A stretch of DNA of 48,853 nt from a bacterium. GTDB lineage: Bacteria > Patescibacteriota > Patescibacteriia > Patescibacteriales > GWC2-42-12. Positions 1 to 9,426 of the stretch are shown here, in pieces. Numbering within the stretch: the first letter of the stretch is position 1; every line of letters begins with the position of its first letter. The DNA is taken from NCBI GenBank assembly GCA_030655095.1, contig JAURWF010000062.1, positions 1 to 48,853 of the forward strand, written 5' to 3'. The notes below the pieces were generated by a model. The model saw nothing but the letters and a program-made list of their open reading frames with translations. It was not told where the DNA came from and did no database searches. Made by a program: the position numbers and the translations under genes.

Positions 1-141
1 AATTGGATTAAAAAAGAGAATAAAGATATAAAAAAATTACAATTAGCTGCTTTAATGAGGCTACCAGCAATGGTCTAAGGGCAAAATAGCCTTAATTTGT
101 CTGATTTATTAAATTGTTAAAGGGCTTTTTAGACAGCCTGC
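1..141 (+). mobile_element. Right end of a putative insertion sequence (IS5/IS1182-like terminus) with the last codons of a probable transposase (1..78, NWIKKENKDIKKLQLAALMRLPAMV*)
   Basis: 2..141 is the exact reverse complement of 48714..48853. It ends in ...TTTTTAGACAGCCTG, which resembles an IS terminal repeat. An open frame runs in from the contig edge and stops at 78. The family assignment is tentative. Confidence 0.7.
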
Positions 142-225
142 GGAGTCATAAAGCGGGAATCCAGGGGTGAGTAGTAGAAAGTTTAATTATTAAAATTAAT
201 AAAAAAAGAAAATTAATAAGAAAAT

Positions 226-1620
226 ATGAAAATTCTATATTTTGGAGCTGGGTTTGTTGGCGCTTGTTCAGCGGTTGTTAATGCTGATAGTGGGCACGAT
301 GTTTTGGTTTATGATGTTAATCAAGAGTTGGTCAATAATTTGTCGTCTTTAGACAAGGATAAAATAGAATCAAGTTTAATGGAAAGAGGTTTAGGAGAGT
401 TGATTATAAAAAATCAAGCAAGAATTAAATTTACTTTTGATTTAGCTGAAGTAGAAAAATTTATTGATTTAGCTGAAGCAGTTTTTATGTGTTTGCCAAC
501 GCCTGAAAAAGATAACACAGGCGAGACTAATTTAATTTTTTATGAAATAGCCGCAAAAACTTTAGGCAAGATTTTGCTTAAAAGAAATAATAATAATCAA
601 ACACAACATGTTTTGTTAATTAATAAAAGCACCGTTCCAGTTAATATGATAAATCAGACTCAGAAAATTATGGAGAACATTGGAGTTAAAAATTTTGGAG
701 TTGGCTCTAATCCTGAATTTTTAGTTGAAGGTCAAGCTATTGAAGGTTCGGATCATCCATCTCGTGTTGTTGTTGGAGCTTGGAATGAAAAAGATTTTGC
801 TATTTTTAGAAATATTTACAGTCGTTTTGTTGGGTCGCCGACTACTGATTATATAGAAGTTAATCCGTTAGAGGCGGCTGCTAGCAAATTGTTGGCTAAT
901 TATATGTTGTTTAGTCGTTTGGCAAATTGTTTTGATGTGGTAGGACGGGTTTGTGAAAAATTTGATGGTTTAAATTTTGAAAATATTCGTAAAGTTTTAA
1001 TAACTGATAAGCGAATTGGTGGGTGGGGGCTTTATGATAGTTTATTCGCCGGCGGAAGTTGTTTTATTAAAGATGCTCGTTCATTATTTTATCAATTAAA
1101 AAGCCAAGGTGTTAATACTGATATTATTGATAGTATTTTAACAGCTAATCAACGACAGTTGGATAGTTTTTTAGCTAGAGCTAAAGAAGAATTAAATTTT
1201 GATTGGAAAGGCAAAACAGTTGGAATTTTAGGATTGGCTTTTAAGCAAGACACTAATGATGTTCGTAATTCCGCGTCTTTAAAGGTAACTGAATTTTTAT
1301 TTGATAAAAATGTTGCAAAAATAAATGCTTTTGATCCTACAGCTGGAAATAATTATTTAAAACATTTTGTTAGTAATAAAGATAGTAATAAAATTAATTT
1401 AGTTGATTCTGAAATTAAAGCGATTTCTGGAGTTGATGTTTTAATAATAACTACTGATTGGCCACAATTTAGAGAATTAACTCAGCTAATAAAAAAGAAT
1501 TTACCAAAAGGTGCGATTATTATGGATGGTAGAAGAATACTTCAGCATAAATATGAAGAATTAGCAGAGGCTGGATATAATATTATTGCTGTTGGCTCGC
1601 CGTTAATTAAAGTCGTTTAA
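226..1620 (+). CDS. ugd: UDP-glucose/GDP-mannose 6-dehydrogenase family protein
   Basis: GAGFVG Rossmann motif, KSTVP, SNPEFLVEG, catalytic GGSCFxKD, GLAFK..TNDVRNS, DGRR. Confidence 0.9.
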   Translation: MKILYFGAGFVGACSAVVNADSGHDVLVYDVNQELVNNLSSLDKDKIESSLMERGLGELIIKNQARIKFTFDLAEVEKFIDLAEAVFMCLPTPEKDNTGETNLIFYEIAAKTLGKILLKRNNNNQTQHVLLINKSTVPVNMINQTQKIMENIGVKNFGVGSNPEFLVEGQAIEGSDHPSRVVVGAWNEKDFAIFRNIYSRFVGSPTTDYIEVNPLEAAASKLLANYMLFSRLANCFDVVGRVCEKFDGLNFENIRKVLITDKRIGGWGLYDSLFAGGSCFIKDARSLFYQLKSQGVNTDIIDSILTANQRQLDSFLARAKEELNFDWKGKTVGILGLAFKQDTNDVRNSASLKVTEFLFDKNVAKINAFDPTAGNNYLKHFVSNKDSNKINLVDSEIKAISGVDVLIITTDWPQFRELTQLIKKNLPKGAIIMDGRRILQHKYEELAEAGYNIIAVGSPLIKVV

Positions 1621-1675
1621 TTGACATAAATTTCCTGATAATATACAATATTTGTATATTATCAGGAAATTTATG
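1621..1675 (+). promoter_or_regulatory. Sigma70 promoter overlapped by a perfect 24-bp inverted repeat (AbiEi-type operator)
   Basis: TTGACA 1621-1626, 17-bp spacer, TACAAT 1644-1649. Arms 1625-1648 and 1652-1675 are exact reverse complements with a 3-bp spacer. Confidence 0.85.
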
Positions 1676-2326
1676 AATAATAGAAAAAATAAAACAACAT
1701 ATTCAAAAACAGTAAAAAATATTGTTTCTGATTTGCCTTTTTTTAGAGTTGAGAATCTTGTCAATATTGATATAGAAAAAAAATATATAAGAGTATTACT
1801 TCATAGATTTTTTGTAGCAGGTGAAATACTAAGGCTAAAAAAGGGGATTTATGTTTCAAAAAAATATTTAGATAAAATTGAAAAAGCGAACAGAATGAAC
1901 TCGTATTTAGAGTTTATCGCGATTACTTTATATGATCCAGCATATTTAAGCGCGGAATATGTTTTATCTGAACATAGTGTATTGACTGAAAACATTCAAG
2001 CATTTACATTGATAAGTAAAAATAGAACAAGAAAATTTGTAAATTCACTCGGTGCATTTAATTATAAGCATATAAAAGAAGATCTTTTCTCTGGATTTAA
2101 GATTATTAAAAAAAATGATTTTTTTATAAACAAGGCGACTATCGCAAAGGCATTGTTTGATTTTTTATATTTAAGAAAAAACATTATTACGGATAAAAGC
2201 GCTTTTTTGGCATTGCGTTTAAATGTAGAGAATTTTAAAAATCAGGATTTAAAAGAATTTAAAAAGTATATTGAAATTGAAGGTTCAGAAAAAATGAAAA
2301 ATATATTGAGTTGGCTACAAAAATAG
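1673..2326 (+). CDS. Type IV toxin-antitoxin antitoxin, AbiEi-like transcriptional regulator (ATG 1673 preferred over TTG 1652)
   Basis: RLKKGIY wHTH motif, P.YLS.EY.LS, KALFDFLYL; directly upstream of an AbiEii-like gene. Confidence 0.85.
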   Translation: MNNRKNKTTYSKTVKNIVSDLPFFRVENLVNIDIEKKYIRVLLHRFFVAGEILRLKKGIYVSKKYLDKIEKANRMNSYLEFIAITLYDPAYLSAEYVLSEHSVLTENIQAFTLISKNRTRKFVNSLGAFNYKHIKEDLFSGFKIIKKNDFFINKATIAKALFDFLYLRKNIITDKSAFLALRLNVENFKNQDLKEFKKYIEIEGSEKMKNILSWLQK

Positions 2327-2351
2327 TTTTGCAACCATCTCGTCATTATTT

Positions 2352-3179
2352 ATGGGAACAGAAAAAACAATTTTAAAAAATATTATTGAAGAGAATTTTG
2401 ACAAAGCAATTTTTTATAAAAGAAATTTGTTAAAAGAGTATCTTCAAATTTTGGTTTTAGATTTTATTTATTCAAATGAAAAATACAGTCCATTAGTTTT
2501 TTATGGCGGATCTTGTCTCGCGCATTGCTTTGGGCTTCAGAGACTTTCCGAGGATCTTGATTTTGTTGATACTAAAAAAGAAATTAATTTGGAAAAACTA
2601 GCCGTTGATTTAGAAATTTTCTTTAAAAAAAATACGGATTTGCCAGTTGAGTTTACAGTTCAGAAATTTAGAATTCATTTAAAGTTTCCTATTTTAAAGG
2701 AGCTTGGCTTAAGCGTTGAGCCGGAATCTGATATATTAATTTTAAAATTAGAAATTTTTAGCGACTTTGATTTTTGCCAGAAATATCAGACGCAAATAAA
2801 GCCATTGTTTAAATTTAATAAATCAATTTTGATTAAAACTTTTGATTTGCCAACATTAATGAGTACGAAAATAAGGGCTTTGCTTTATAGAAAATGGGAG
2901 AAAAAAAATAAAGACGGGAAAGTTTTAATAAATGTAAAAGGTCGTGATTATTTTGACTTGATGTGGTATCTCGAAAAAGATATTGAGCCTAATTTTGATT
3001 GTTTGGAGATTAAAACAAAAGACGAGCTAAAAGAAAAATTATTGGATTTGGTAAATAAGGTTGACGAGAATAGCATAATTTTAGATCTCGAAAATTTTAT
3101 TGCTGATAAAAAATTTGTGATTGGACTTGGTAAAAATATAAAAAATATATTAAGAGATATGATAAACAAGAAGTTTTAG
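2352..3179 (+). CDS. AbiEii/AbiGii family nucleotidyltransferase toxin
   Basis: LKEYLQ, FYGGSCL, RLSEDLDF, K.RDYFDL motifs. Confidence 0.9.
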   Translation: MGTEKTILKNIIEENFDKAIFYKRNLLKEYLQILVLDFIYSNEKYSPLVFYGGSCLAHCFGLQRLSEDLDFVDTKKEINLEKLAVDLEIFFKKNTDLPVEFTVQKFRIHLKFPILKELGLSVEPESDILILKLEIFSDFDFCQKYQTQIKPLFKFNKSILIKTFDLPTLMSTKIRALLYRKWEKKNKDGKVLINVKGRDYFDLMWYLEKDIEPNFDCLEIKTKDELKEKLLDLVNKVDENSIILDLENFIADKKFVIGLGKNIKNILRDMINKKF

Positions 3180-3245
3180 TTTTACTAGAGTCTCTTGTTG
3201 CGGAGCCCTAATATTTTAATATTGAATAATAATAAATAAATTCGT

Positions 3246-4166
3246 ATGTCAAAAATTTTAGTTACTGGTGGGGCAGGTTTTATTGGTTCAAATTTAGTTG
3301 ATAAATTAATTAATCAAGGCAATGAAGTCGTTGTTATTGATAATCTGTCAACTGGAAAAAAAGAGAATATTAATCCTAAGGTTAAATTTTATAATGCTGA
3401 TATTTGTTCATTGGCAATTGACGAAATTTTTAAAAATGAAAAGTTTGATTATGTTTTTCACTTGGCAGCGCAGATTGACGTAAGAGTTTCTGTTGCTAAT
3501 CCAGAGTTTGACAATAAAGTTAATGCAATAGGCAGTTATAATATTTTTAAAAATTGTGGATTAAATAAAATCAAAAAAGTAGTTTTTATTTCTACAGGTG
3601 GCGCGCTTTATGGCGATTGCTTAAAGCCAGCATCTGAAAAAACTTTAATTCAACCCGTCTCTCCTTACGCGATCCATAAATATTCTGCTGAAAGATACTT
3701 GGAGTTATGTTATGATTTATATAATTTAGACTATGTTGTTTTAAGGCTGGCTAATGTTTTTGGTCCCAGACAGTACAGCGGGGGAGAATGTGGCGTTATT
3801 GGGTTATTTACATATAACATTGCTAATAATAAATCTAGTACGCTTTATGGTGATGGATCAAAAACAAGGGACTTTGTCTATGTGTCTGATGTTGTAGTCG
3901 CTTGTTTAAAGGCTATTACAGTTAAACAGCGAGGAGTTTTTAATATTGGAAATGGAAAAGAAATTAGTATTTTACAAATTATTAATGTTATAAAAAAAAT
4001 AGCTGGTAAAAAATTTATTTATAAACAAGAAAAAAATAGAATTGGCGAAGTGCAAAGGAGCGTTCTTGATAGTGCAAAGGCGAAAAAAATATTAGACTGG
4101 GAGCCGAGAGTAAAGCTTGAGCAAGGTTTAAAAAATACGATTGATTGGGCGATGAAAAAAAGTTAA
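3246..4166 (+). CDS. NAD-dependent epimerase (UDP-glucose 4-epimerase-like, extended SDR)
   Basis: TGGAGFIG, HLAAQ, YxxxK (YAIHK), NVFGPRQ, RDFVYV. Confidence 0.9.
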   Translation: MSKILVTGGAGFIGSNLVDKLINQGNEVVVIDNLSTGKKENINPKVKFYNADICSLAIDEIFKNEKFDYVFHLAAQIDVRVSVANPEFDNKVNAIGSYNIFKNCGLNKIKKVVFISTGGALYGDCLKPASEKTLIQPVSPYAIHKYSAERYLELCYDLYNLDYVVLRLANVFGPRQYSGGECGVIGLFTYNIANNKSSTLYGDGSKTRDFVYVSDVVVACLKAITVKQRGVFNIGNGKEISILQIINVIKKIAGKKFIYKQEKNRIGEVQRSVLDSAKAKKILDWEPRVKLEQGLKNTIDWAMKKS

Positions 4167-4451
4167 AATTATGTTTGTAAGATTGTGTGGTATTAAAATA
4201 TACCAATTTTGTAGTTACGCTTGCATTAATTGGCATATTTATGATAGTGCGCAAGTATTTTTTAAAGTATAATATGTAATAGTCTTGACTTTTTAATATT
4301 ATACTATATAATAGTCATATTTTTCTATTGCAGGGAATGATAGTTTATAAGCGACACAAATTGTAAAAAATTTAAAAAGAGAAAAACAATTGGACTTGAT
4401 TAAAATAGTAAAAGCGGAAAATTATCTTAAAGAGTTATATTTATAAAAGAC

Positions 4452-4531
4452 AAAAAAATATTAAGCTGGAAGTCAAAGAAAAATTTAAGCAAGGCTTGAA
4501 AAATACAATTAATTGGGCGATGAAAAAATAA
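4452..4531 (+). pseudogene. Degenerate duplicate of the 3' end of the upstream epimerase gene
   Basis: Aligns to 4083..4166. Reads KKILSWK.../KQGLKNTINWAMKK* against KKILDWE...EQGLKNTIDWAMKKS*, with a 1-nt indel. Confidence 0.8.
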
Positions 4532-4537
4532 AAGTAT

Positions 4538-5644
4538 ATGAAAATATTTCTTGTAATTACCACTGGGGATTTAGGCGGAGCGCAAAATTTTCTTATTAAT
4601 TTGGCTATTGGTCTTAAAGCTCAAGGGCATCAAGTTTTTGTTGGTTTTGGTGATGGCGAGTATTTAGAAAAAAAATTAGTTGCTAGCGGAATTAGTTATC
4701 AAAAGTTTCCTTATTTAAAAAGAACCAATAATCCTTTTAATAATTTATTATTTATTTGGCAATTAAAAAAATTTTTAGATTGTCAACAATTTGACGTTAT
4801 TCATTTTAATAGTTCAAACGCTTTATTGGGAGCTATTAGCAACTATTGGTCAAAAAATAAAGCTCGTAGCGTTTTTACTGTTCATGGCCTGTCGCTTTTG
4901 GATAATCAATATCAAGCAGCAAGAATCATTAAAAAAATTTATTTATTATTATTTAAATTATTACTGAAGTTAATAGATAAAATAGTTTTTGTCAGCCAGA
5001 ATAATTTAAAAGTAGCTAATAAAATCGGCTTAACTAATAAAGGCGAGGTTATTTATAATGGTTTGGATATAGAGCGTTTAAATTTCTACCAGAAAGATGA
5101 GGCTAGAAAAAGATTATCGGAAAAAATTAGTCAAGATTTATCTGTTGCCTACCTAATCGGTTCCATTGGTCGTCTTAGCGCGCAAAAAAATTATTCTTTT
5201 TTAATTAATAATTTTCGCGCTATTTTAGAAATAAAACCAAACGCCAAATTAGTAATTATCGGGACAGGTCCAGAAGCGGAGCTTTGTCAGAGGTTAATTA
5301 TTGGTAATAATTTGTCTAGCTACATTTTTTTGGTCGGCACTCTGCCAGAGGCGCATCGCTATCTAAAGGCTTTTGATTTATTTGTTTTGCCATCAATTTA
5401 TGAAGGTTTGCCTTTAGTTTTAATTGAGGCTCAAGCAGCTCAGATATCAATTTTAGCCACAGATGTGGGCGGTAATAGTGAAATTGTTTGTCAAACAGAG
5501 AAATTATTCAAAGTTAATAATGTTAATGATTTTATTAATAAATTTCAAGCCCAATTTTTAACTTCGCATATAGTTGAACATTTAGATGAAAAATTTATGT
5601 TAGATAAAATGATAAAAAAATATATTTCTACTTATCAAAATTAA
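4538..5644 (+). CDS. GT4 family glycosyltransferase
   Basis: GGAQ N-terminal motif, IGRL..QKN, DLFVLPSIYEGLPLVLIEA (ExxxxxxxE). Confidence 0.9.
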   Translation: MKIFLVITTGDLGGAQNFLINLAIGLKAQGHQVFVGFGDGEYLEKKLVASGISYQKFPYLKRTNNPFNNLLFIWQLKKFLDCQQFDVIHFNSSNALLGAISNYWSKNKARSVFTVHGLSLLDNQYQAARIIKKIYLLLFKLLLKLIDKIVFVSQNNLKVANKIGLTNKGEVIYNGLDIERLNFYQKDEARKRLSEKISQDLSVAYLIGSIGRLSAQKNYSFLINNFRAILEIKPNAKLVIIGTGPEAELCQRLIIGNNLSSYIFLVGTLPEAHRYLKAFDLFVLPSIYEGLPLVLIEAQAAQISILATDVGGNSEIVCQTEKLFKVNNVNDFINKFQAQFLTSHIVEHLDEKFMLDKMIKKYISTYQN

Positions 5645-5645
5645 T

Positions 5646-6545
5646 ATGAATTTTAGCGTTGTGATACCAACATATAATCGTCCAGACGATTTAAATAGAT
5701 GTTTAGACTCAATTCTTGGGCAATTGGTAAAGCCTGTTGAAATTATTATTGTGGACGATGGGAATCTGCCTGATATTGTTATTAATAATTTAAAAATAAA
5801 AATAGAAGATAAAAAAATAAATTTTATCTATTACAAAAAAAATCATAAATATGAAAGACGCGGATCATCAGAATCAAGGAATAAAGCGTTAGAATTGTCT
5901 CGCAATAATGTTGTTTTTATTTTAGATGACGATGTTATTTTAGAAGAATATGATTTTTTTGAAAAAATTATAAAAATTTGGAGTCAAAATACAGATAAAA
6001 ATTTAATAGGAATAGGTGGAAAAATAAAAAATGAAAGAAAAATAAATAAATTAGAAAATATATATAATCATATATTCGGCTTAATTGGAAAATGCAAATG
6101 GGATGTGAATAATGTTGGATTTCAAGTGTGGGATCAATCTATTAAAAATGTAATAAAAAGTTATTATGTGCATGGAGGAGTGTGCTCATATAATAAAAAA
6201 CTAACTCAAAAAATTGGCTTTACTACTTTCAATGAAGGGCGGACAGCTTTAGAAGATGTTGATTTTTGTTTAAGAGCAAAAAATCAAGGATATTTTTTTT
6301 TGCTTGAACCAAATGCACGAGTTATACATAATCAAAGTCTTGTTGCACGGGAAAAAGAATTTGTAAGTGGATTTAAAGAAGAAATAAATAGAAGAATAAT
6401 TTTTAAAAATAATTGTAAAAAAAATATTAAAAATTATCTCTGGTTTGTATGGGCTAATATTGGTTGGATTCTTAGACAATTTTTAGCAGGACATTTTATT
6501 AAAGGCGTTGGAATGATTAAAGGATCGTTGCCTAATTTAAAATAA
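5646..6545 (+). CDS. GT2 family glycosyltransferase
   Basis: SVVIPTYNR, IIIVDDG, ILDDD, EDVDFCLR. Confidence 0.9.
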   Translation: MNFSVVIPTYNRPDDLNRCLDSILGQLVKPVEIIIVDDGNLPDIVINNLKIKIEDKKINFIYYKKNHKYERRGSSESRNKALELSRNNVVFILDDDVILEEYDFFEKIIKIWSQNTDKNLIGIGGKIKNERKINKLENIYNHIFGLIGKCKWDVNNVGFQVWDQSIKNVIKSYYVHGGVCSYNKKLTQKIGFTTFNEGRTALEDVDFCLRAKNQGYFFLLEPNARVIHNQSLVAREKEFVSGFKEEINRRIIFKNNCKKNIKNYLWFVWANIGWILRQFLAGHFIKGVGMIKGSLPNLK

Positions 6546-6563
6546 AAAATATAAAAATATTAA

Positions 6564-7340
6564 TTATTCATCGTTATAATCACTATCTTCTAGTTTATAT
6601 AATTTCCAGTATTTACTTGTTAAACACATGTTTTGAGTTAAAGGCGGGCCATTATATTCTGATAAATTTATTGGTAAAACGTCGCTGCCTCCTGCTTTTG
6701 CATATTCATACATAGAAATTTTTCTACTCCCGCAAATATGAATTATAGGATTGTTAGGTTTAAATATAACAACATCTTTTAATCCTTTTGCAACGCCTTG
6801 CGCAAATAAATAAGTTCCATATCTGTCTGTAAAAGCCTTGGGATATTCCCATGGCATGCTAGTAAAATTAGTTCTTATAACAGTAGTTTTCATTTTATCT
6901 GAGTTAAAAGATTTTACTATTTCTTCTGCTAATAATTTTGTTAGACCATAAAAATGTTTTGGATATGGGATACTGTCTTCGTCTTCCATTATATTATCAT
7001 TATTGCCAGGAAATACGCATGCTGTGCTTACATAAATAAAATGTTTTACTTCAGCATTTAAAGCTTCTTTTATTAAATTTCTTGTTCCGTTAACATTAAT
7101 ATCATACGCTTTTTTTTTATTTTCTTCACAAAAAGGTATGCTAGTTATTGCTGCTAGATGAATAATTGTTTCAACTTTATTTTTTTTAAAATACTTTTTA
7201 ATGCTATTTAAATTTTGTAAATCTATTTCATTCCTAGTTGAAAATTGGGCTTGTGGCATTATTTTTTTGCAAGCTTTGCCTAATTTTCCAGACGATCCTG
7301 TTATTAAGATTTTAGATTTATTAATTAGCATAAGCAACAA
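6564..7340 (-). CDS. RmlD-like NDP-4-keto-6-deoxyhexose reductase (SDR)
   Basis: ITGSSGKLG, HLAA, YVSTACVF, YGLTK. Confidence 0.8.
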   Translation of the reverse strand: MLLMLINKSKILITGSSGKLGKACKKIMPQAQFSTRNEIDLQNLNSIKKYFKKNKVETIIHLAAITSIPFCEENKKKAYDINVNGTRNLIKEALNAEVKHFIYVSTACVFPGNNDNIMEDEDSIPYPKHFYGLTKLLAEEIVKSFNSDKMKTTVIRTNFTSMPWEYPKAFTDRYGTYLFAQGVAKGLKDVVIFKPNNPIIHICGSRKISMYEYAKAGGSDVLPINLSEYNGPPLTQNMCLTSKYWKLYKLEDSDYNDE

Positions 7341-7347
7341 TTAAAAA

Positions 7348-8334
7348 CTATTTTATAAATTTAGACTTTTTTAACATTTCTTTAATTTCTTGCTCAGACA
7401 TTAATTTATCTGCAGAAGAATATTCTTGAAAATTTACTTTTGGCAGATGCTTGTATTTGTCTTCAAGTCCATCTATTTTTAATTGAGGTAATATAACATA
7501 ATAATTTTCATCATACTGATAAGTGTTTGGTGATTCATATCTTGAAACCAAAATTTCATCAATTTTTTCTCCTGGTCTACAACCGATTTCTTGAATATGG
7601 ACAGAATTACTTGCTATTTCTTTTATTAAAACTTTGGCTAAGCTAAGAATTTTACAAGACGGCATTTTCATTACAAATGTTTCGCCACCATAACTTTTTT
7701 CAGCCGCTTTAAATAATAGATGAATAGCATACTCTAATGTTAAAAAATATCTTGTCATTCTTTTATCGGTAAGATTAATTTTTTTAAAATTTTTAATTTG
7801 TTCTATAAAATAAGGAATTACACTGCCGTTTGTTCCAATGACATTTCCTCCTCTAATACAGACAAATTTTGTATCGCTTGATTCAACATTAGCTTGAATC
7901 ATAAGACGCTCTCCTATTGCTTTTGTCATTCCATAAAGATTTAATGGATCAACCGCTTTATCAGTAGAAACATCAATTACTTTTTTAACTTTATTAATTT
8001 TCGCAACTTGGATAACATTTTTAGTTCCAACAATATTTGTTTTTATTGCTTCATATGGTTGTTCTTCGCATATAGGTACATGCTTAAGAGCAGCTAAATG
8101 AAAAATATAATCTACGCCTTTTGTGCATTCAAGTAGGCGATCTGAATCTCTTATGTCTCCAAGTAAAAAAAATAATTTAGAGTTGTTAAATTTTCTCATC
8201 ATATTTACTTGATGAAGTTCGCTTCTTGAATAAATGATTATTTTTTTAGGGTTTTTTTTAAGAAGTTGTTTTGTAAGCTCTTGTCCCCATGAGCCTGTTC
8301 CGCCAGTAATGAGAATTGTTGAATTGTAAAACAT
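7348..8334 (-). CDS. UDP-GlcNAc 4,6-dehydratase/5-epimerase (FnlA/CapE/PseB family)
   Basis: TGGTGSWG, HLAALKHVP, STDKAV.P.N.YG.TK, RGGNV.G..GSVIP, MTRYF, RPGEK. Confidence 0.9.
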   Translation of the reverse strand: MFYNSTILITGGTGSWGQELTKQLLKKNPKKIIIYSRSELHQVNMMRKFNNSKLFFLLGDIRDSDRLLECTKGVDYIFHLAALKHVPICEEQPYEAIKTNIVGTKNVIQVAKINKVKKVIDVSTDKAVDPLNLYGMTKAIGERLMIQANVESSDTKFVCIRGGNVIGTNGSVIPYFIEQIKNFKKINLTDKRMTRYFLTLEYAIHLLFKAAEKSYGGETFVMKMPSCKILSLAKVLIKEIASNSVHIQEIGCRPGEKIDEILVSRYESPNTYQYDENYYVILPQLKIDGLEDKYKHLPKVNFQEYSSADKLMSEQEIKEMLKKSKFIK

Positions 8335-8346
8335 ATTTTTAATTTA

Positions 8347-9417
8347 TTACAGACTTCTTGCTAAAATTTTTATTATTTTATCAGAAATATCTTTATCTTG
8401 ATAATCAAGAGGTATGTTTCCGATTTTTAAATTAAGTATCATTTTAAAAGCATTATATATTGCAAGACTCTCTGTTCCGCTTAATATCATTGAATTATTT
8501 TCTAAAAGTTCAGGCCTTTCCGTAGATGTCCTTATTAAAACGGAAGGAATTTGTAAAAGCGAGCATTCTTCGGGAACTGTGCCACTATCAGTTAAAACAA
8601 TTTTTGTATTTTCCATTAATGTTATGAATTCTTTAAAGCCGAAAGGATCGCATTTAATAATATTTTTTTCTAAATTTATATTAAATTTTTTTAACATTAC
8701 ATCTAATTTAGGGTGTACACTTAATAAAATTATATATTCTTCTGAGATTTTATTTAACGCGTTACATATTTTTTGTAGAGATATTTTATTAGTAATATTT
8801 TCTGTACGATGTAATGTAGCTAAAATATATTTTTTATTTTTTACTTTATATTTTTTAAGTATTTTTTCGCTATTAATATTATTGCTATATTTATATAATA
8901 CCTCGGTGATTGGATTTCCTATAACAATAATCTTATTTGGTGGATAATTTTCTATCAATAATTGTTCTCTGCTTCTTTGAGTATAAGCTAATAAATATTC
9001 ACTGCATGAGTCAATAATTCTTCTATTTACTTCTTCTGGAACATTATCATCATAACATCTATTCCCAGCTTCCATATGAAACACGGGAATATGCATTTGC
9101 TTACAAATATAAGAGGCAAGCCCTGAATTTGTATCTCCTAAAATTAATGCTCGATCAGGTTTTTCTTTAATTAATACATGTTCAATATTAATAAGCATTT
9201 TGCTTATAAAATTAAAACCGGTTGTTTTTTCTTTTAAATTAAATTGGTAATTAGGCAATCTTAAGCCTAGGTCATTAAAGAAATTCTCTCTTAAGTTGAT
9301 GTCAAAATTTTGGCCTGTATGTACAAAAATATGATCAAAATAAATATCAAGTTTTTTGATAATTTCGCTTAATCTAATCAATTCTGGTCTAGTGCCTACT
9401 ATTGTAAGAATTTTCAT
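8347..9417 (-). CDS. Non-hydrolysing UDP-N-acetylhexosamine 2-epimerase (FnlC/CapG/WecB family)
   Basis: GTRPELIRL, HTGQ, LGDTNS, HMEAGNR, PEE.NR, TDSGT..EE. Confidence 0.9.
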   Translation of the reverse strand: MKILTIVGTRPELIRLSEIIKKLDIYFDHIFVHTGQNFDINLRENFFNDLGLRLPNYQFNLKEKTTGFNFISKMLINIEHVLIKEKPDRALILGDTNSGLASYICKQMHIPVFHMEAGNRCYDDNVPEEVNRRIIDSCSEYLLAYTQRSREQLLIENYPPNKIIVIGNPITEVLYKYSNNINSEKILKKYKVKNKKYILATLHRTENITNKISLQKICNALNKISEEYIILLSVHPKLDVMLKKFNINLEKNIIKCDPFGFKEFITLMENTKIVLTDSGTVPEECSLLQIPSVLIRTSTERPELLENNSMILSGTESLAIYNAFKMILNLKIGNIPLDYQDKDISDKIIKILARSL

Positions 9418-9426
9418 ATAGAGTAA

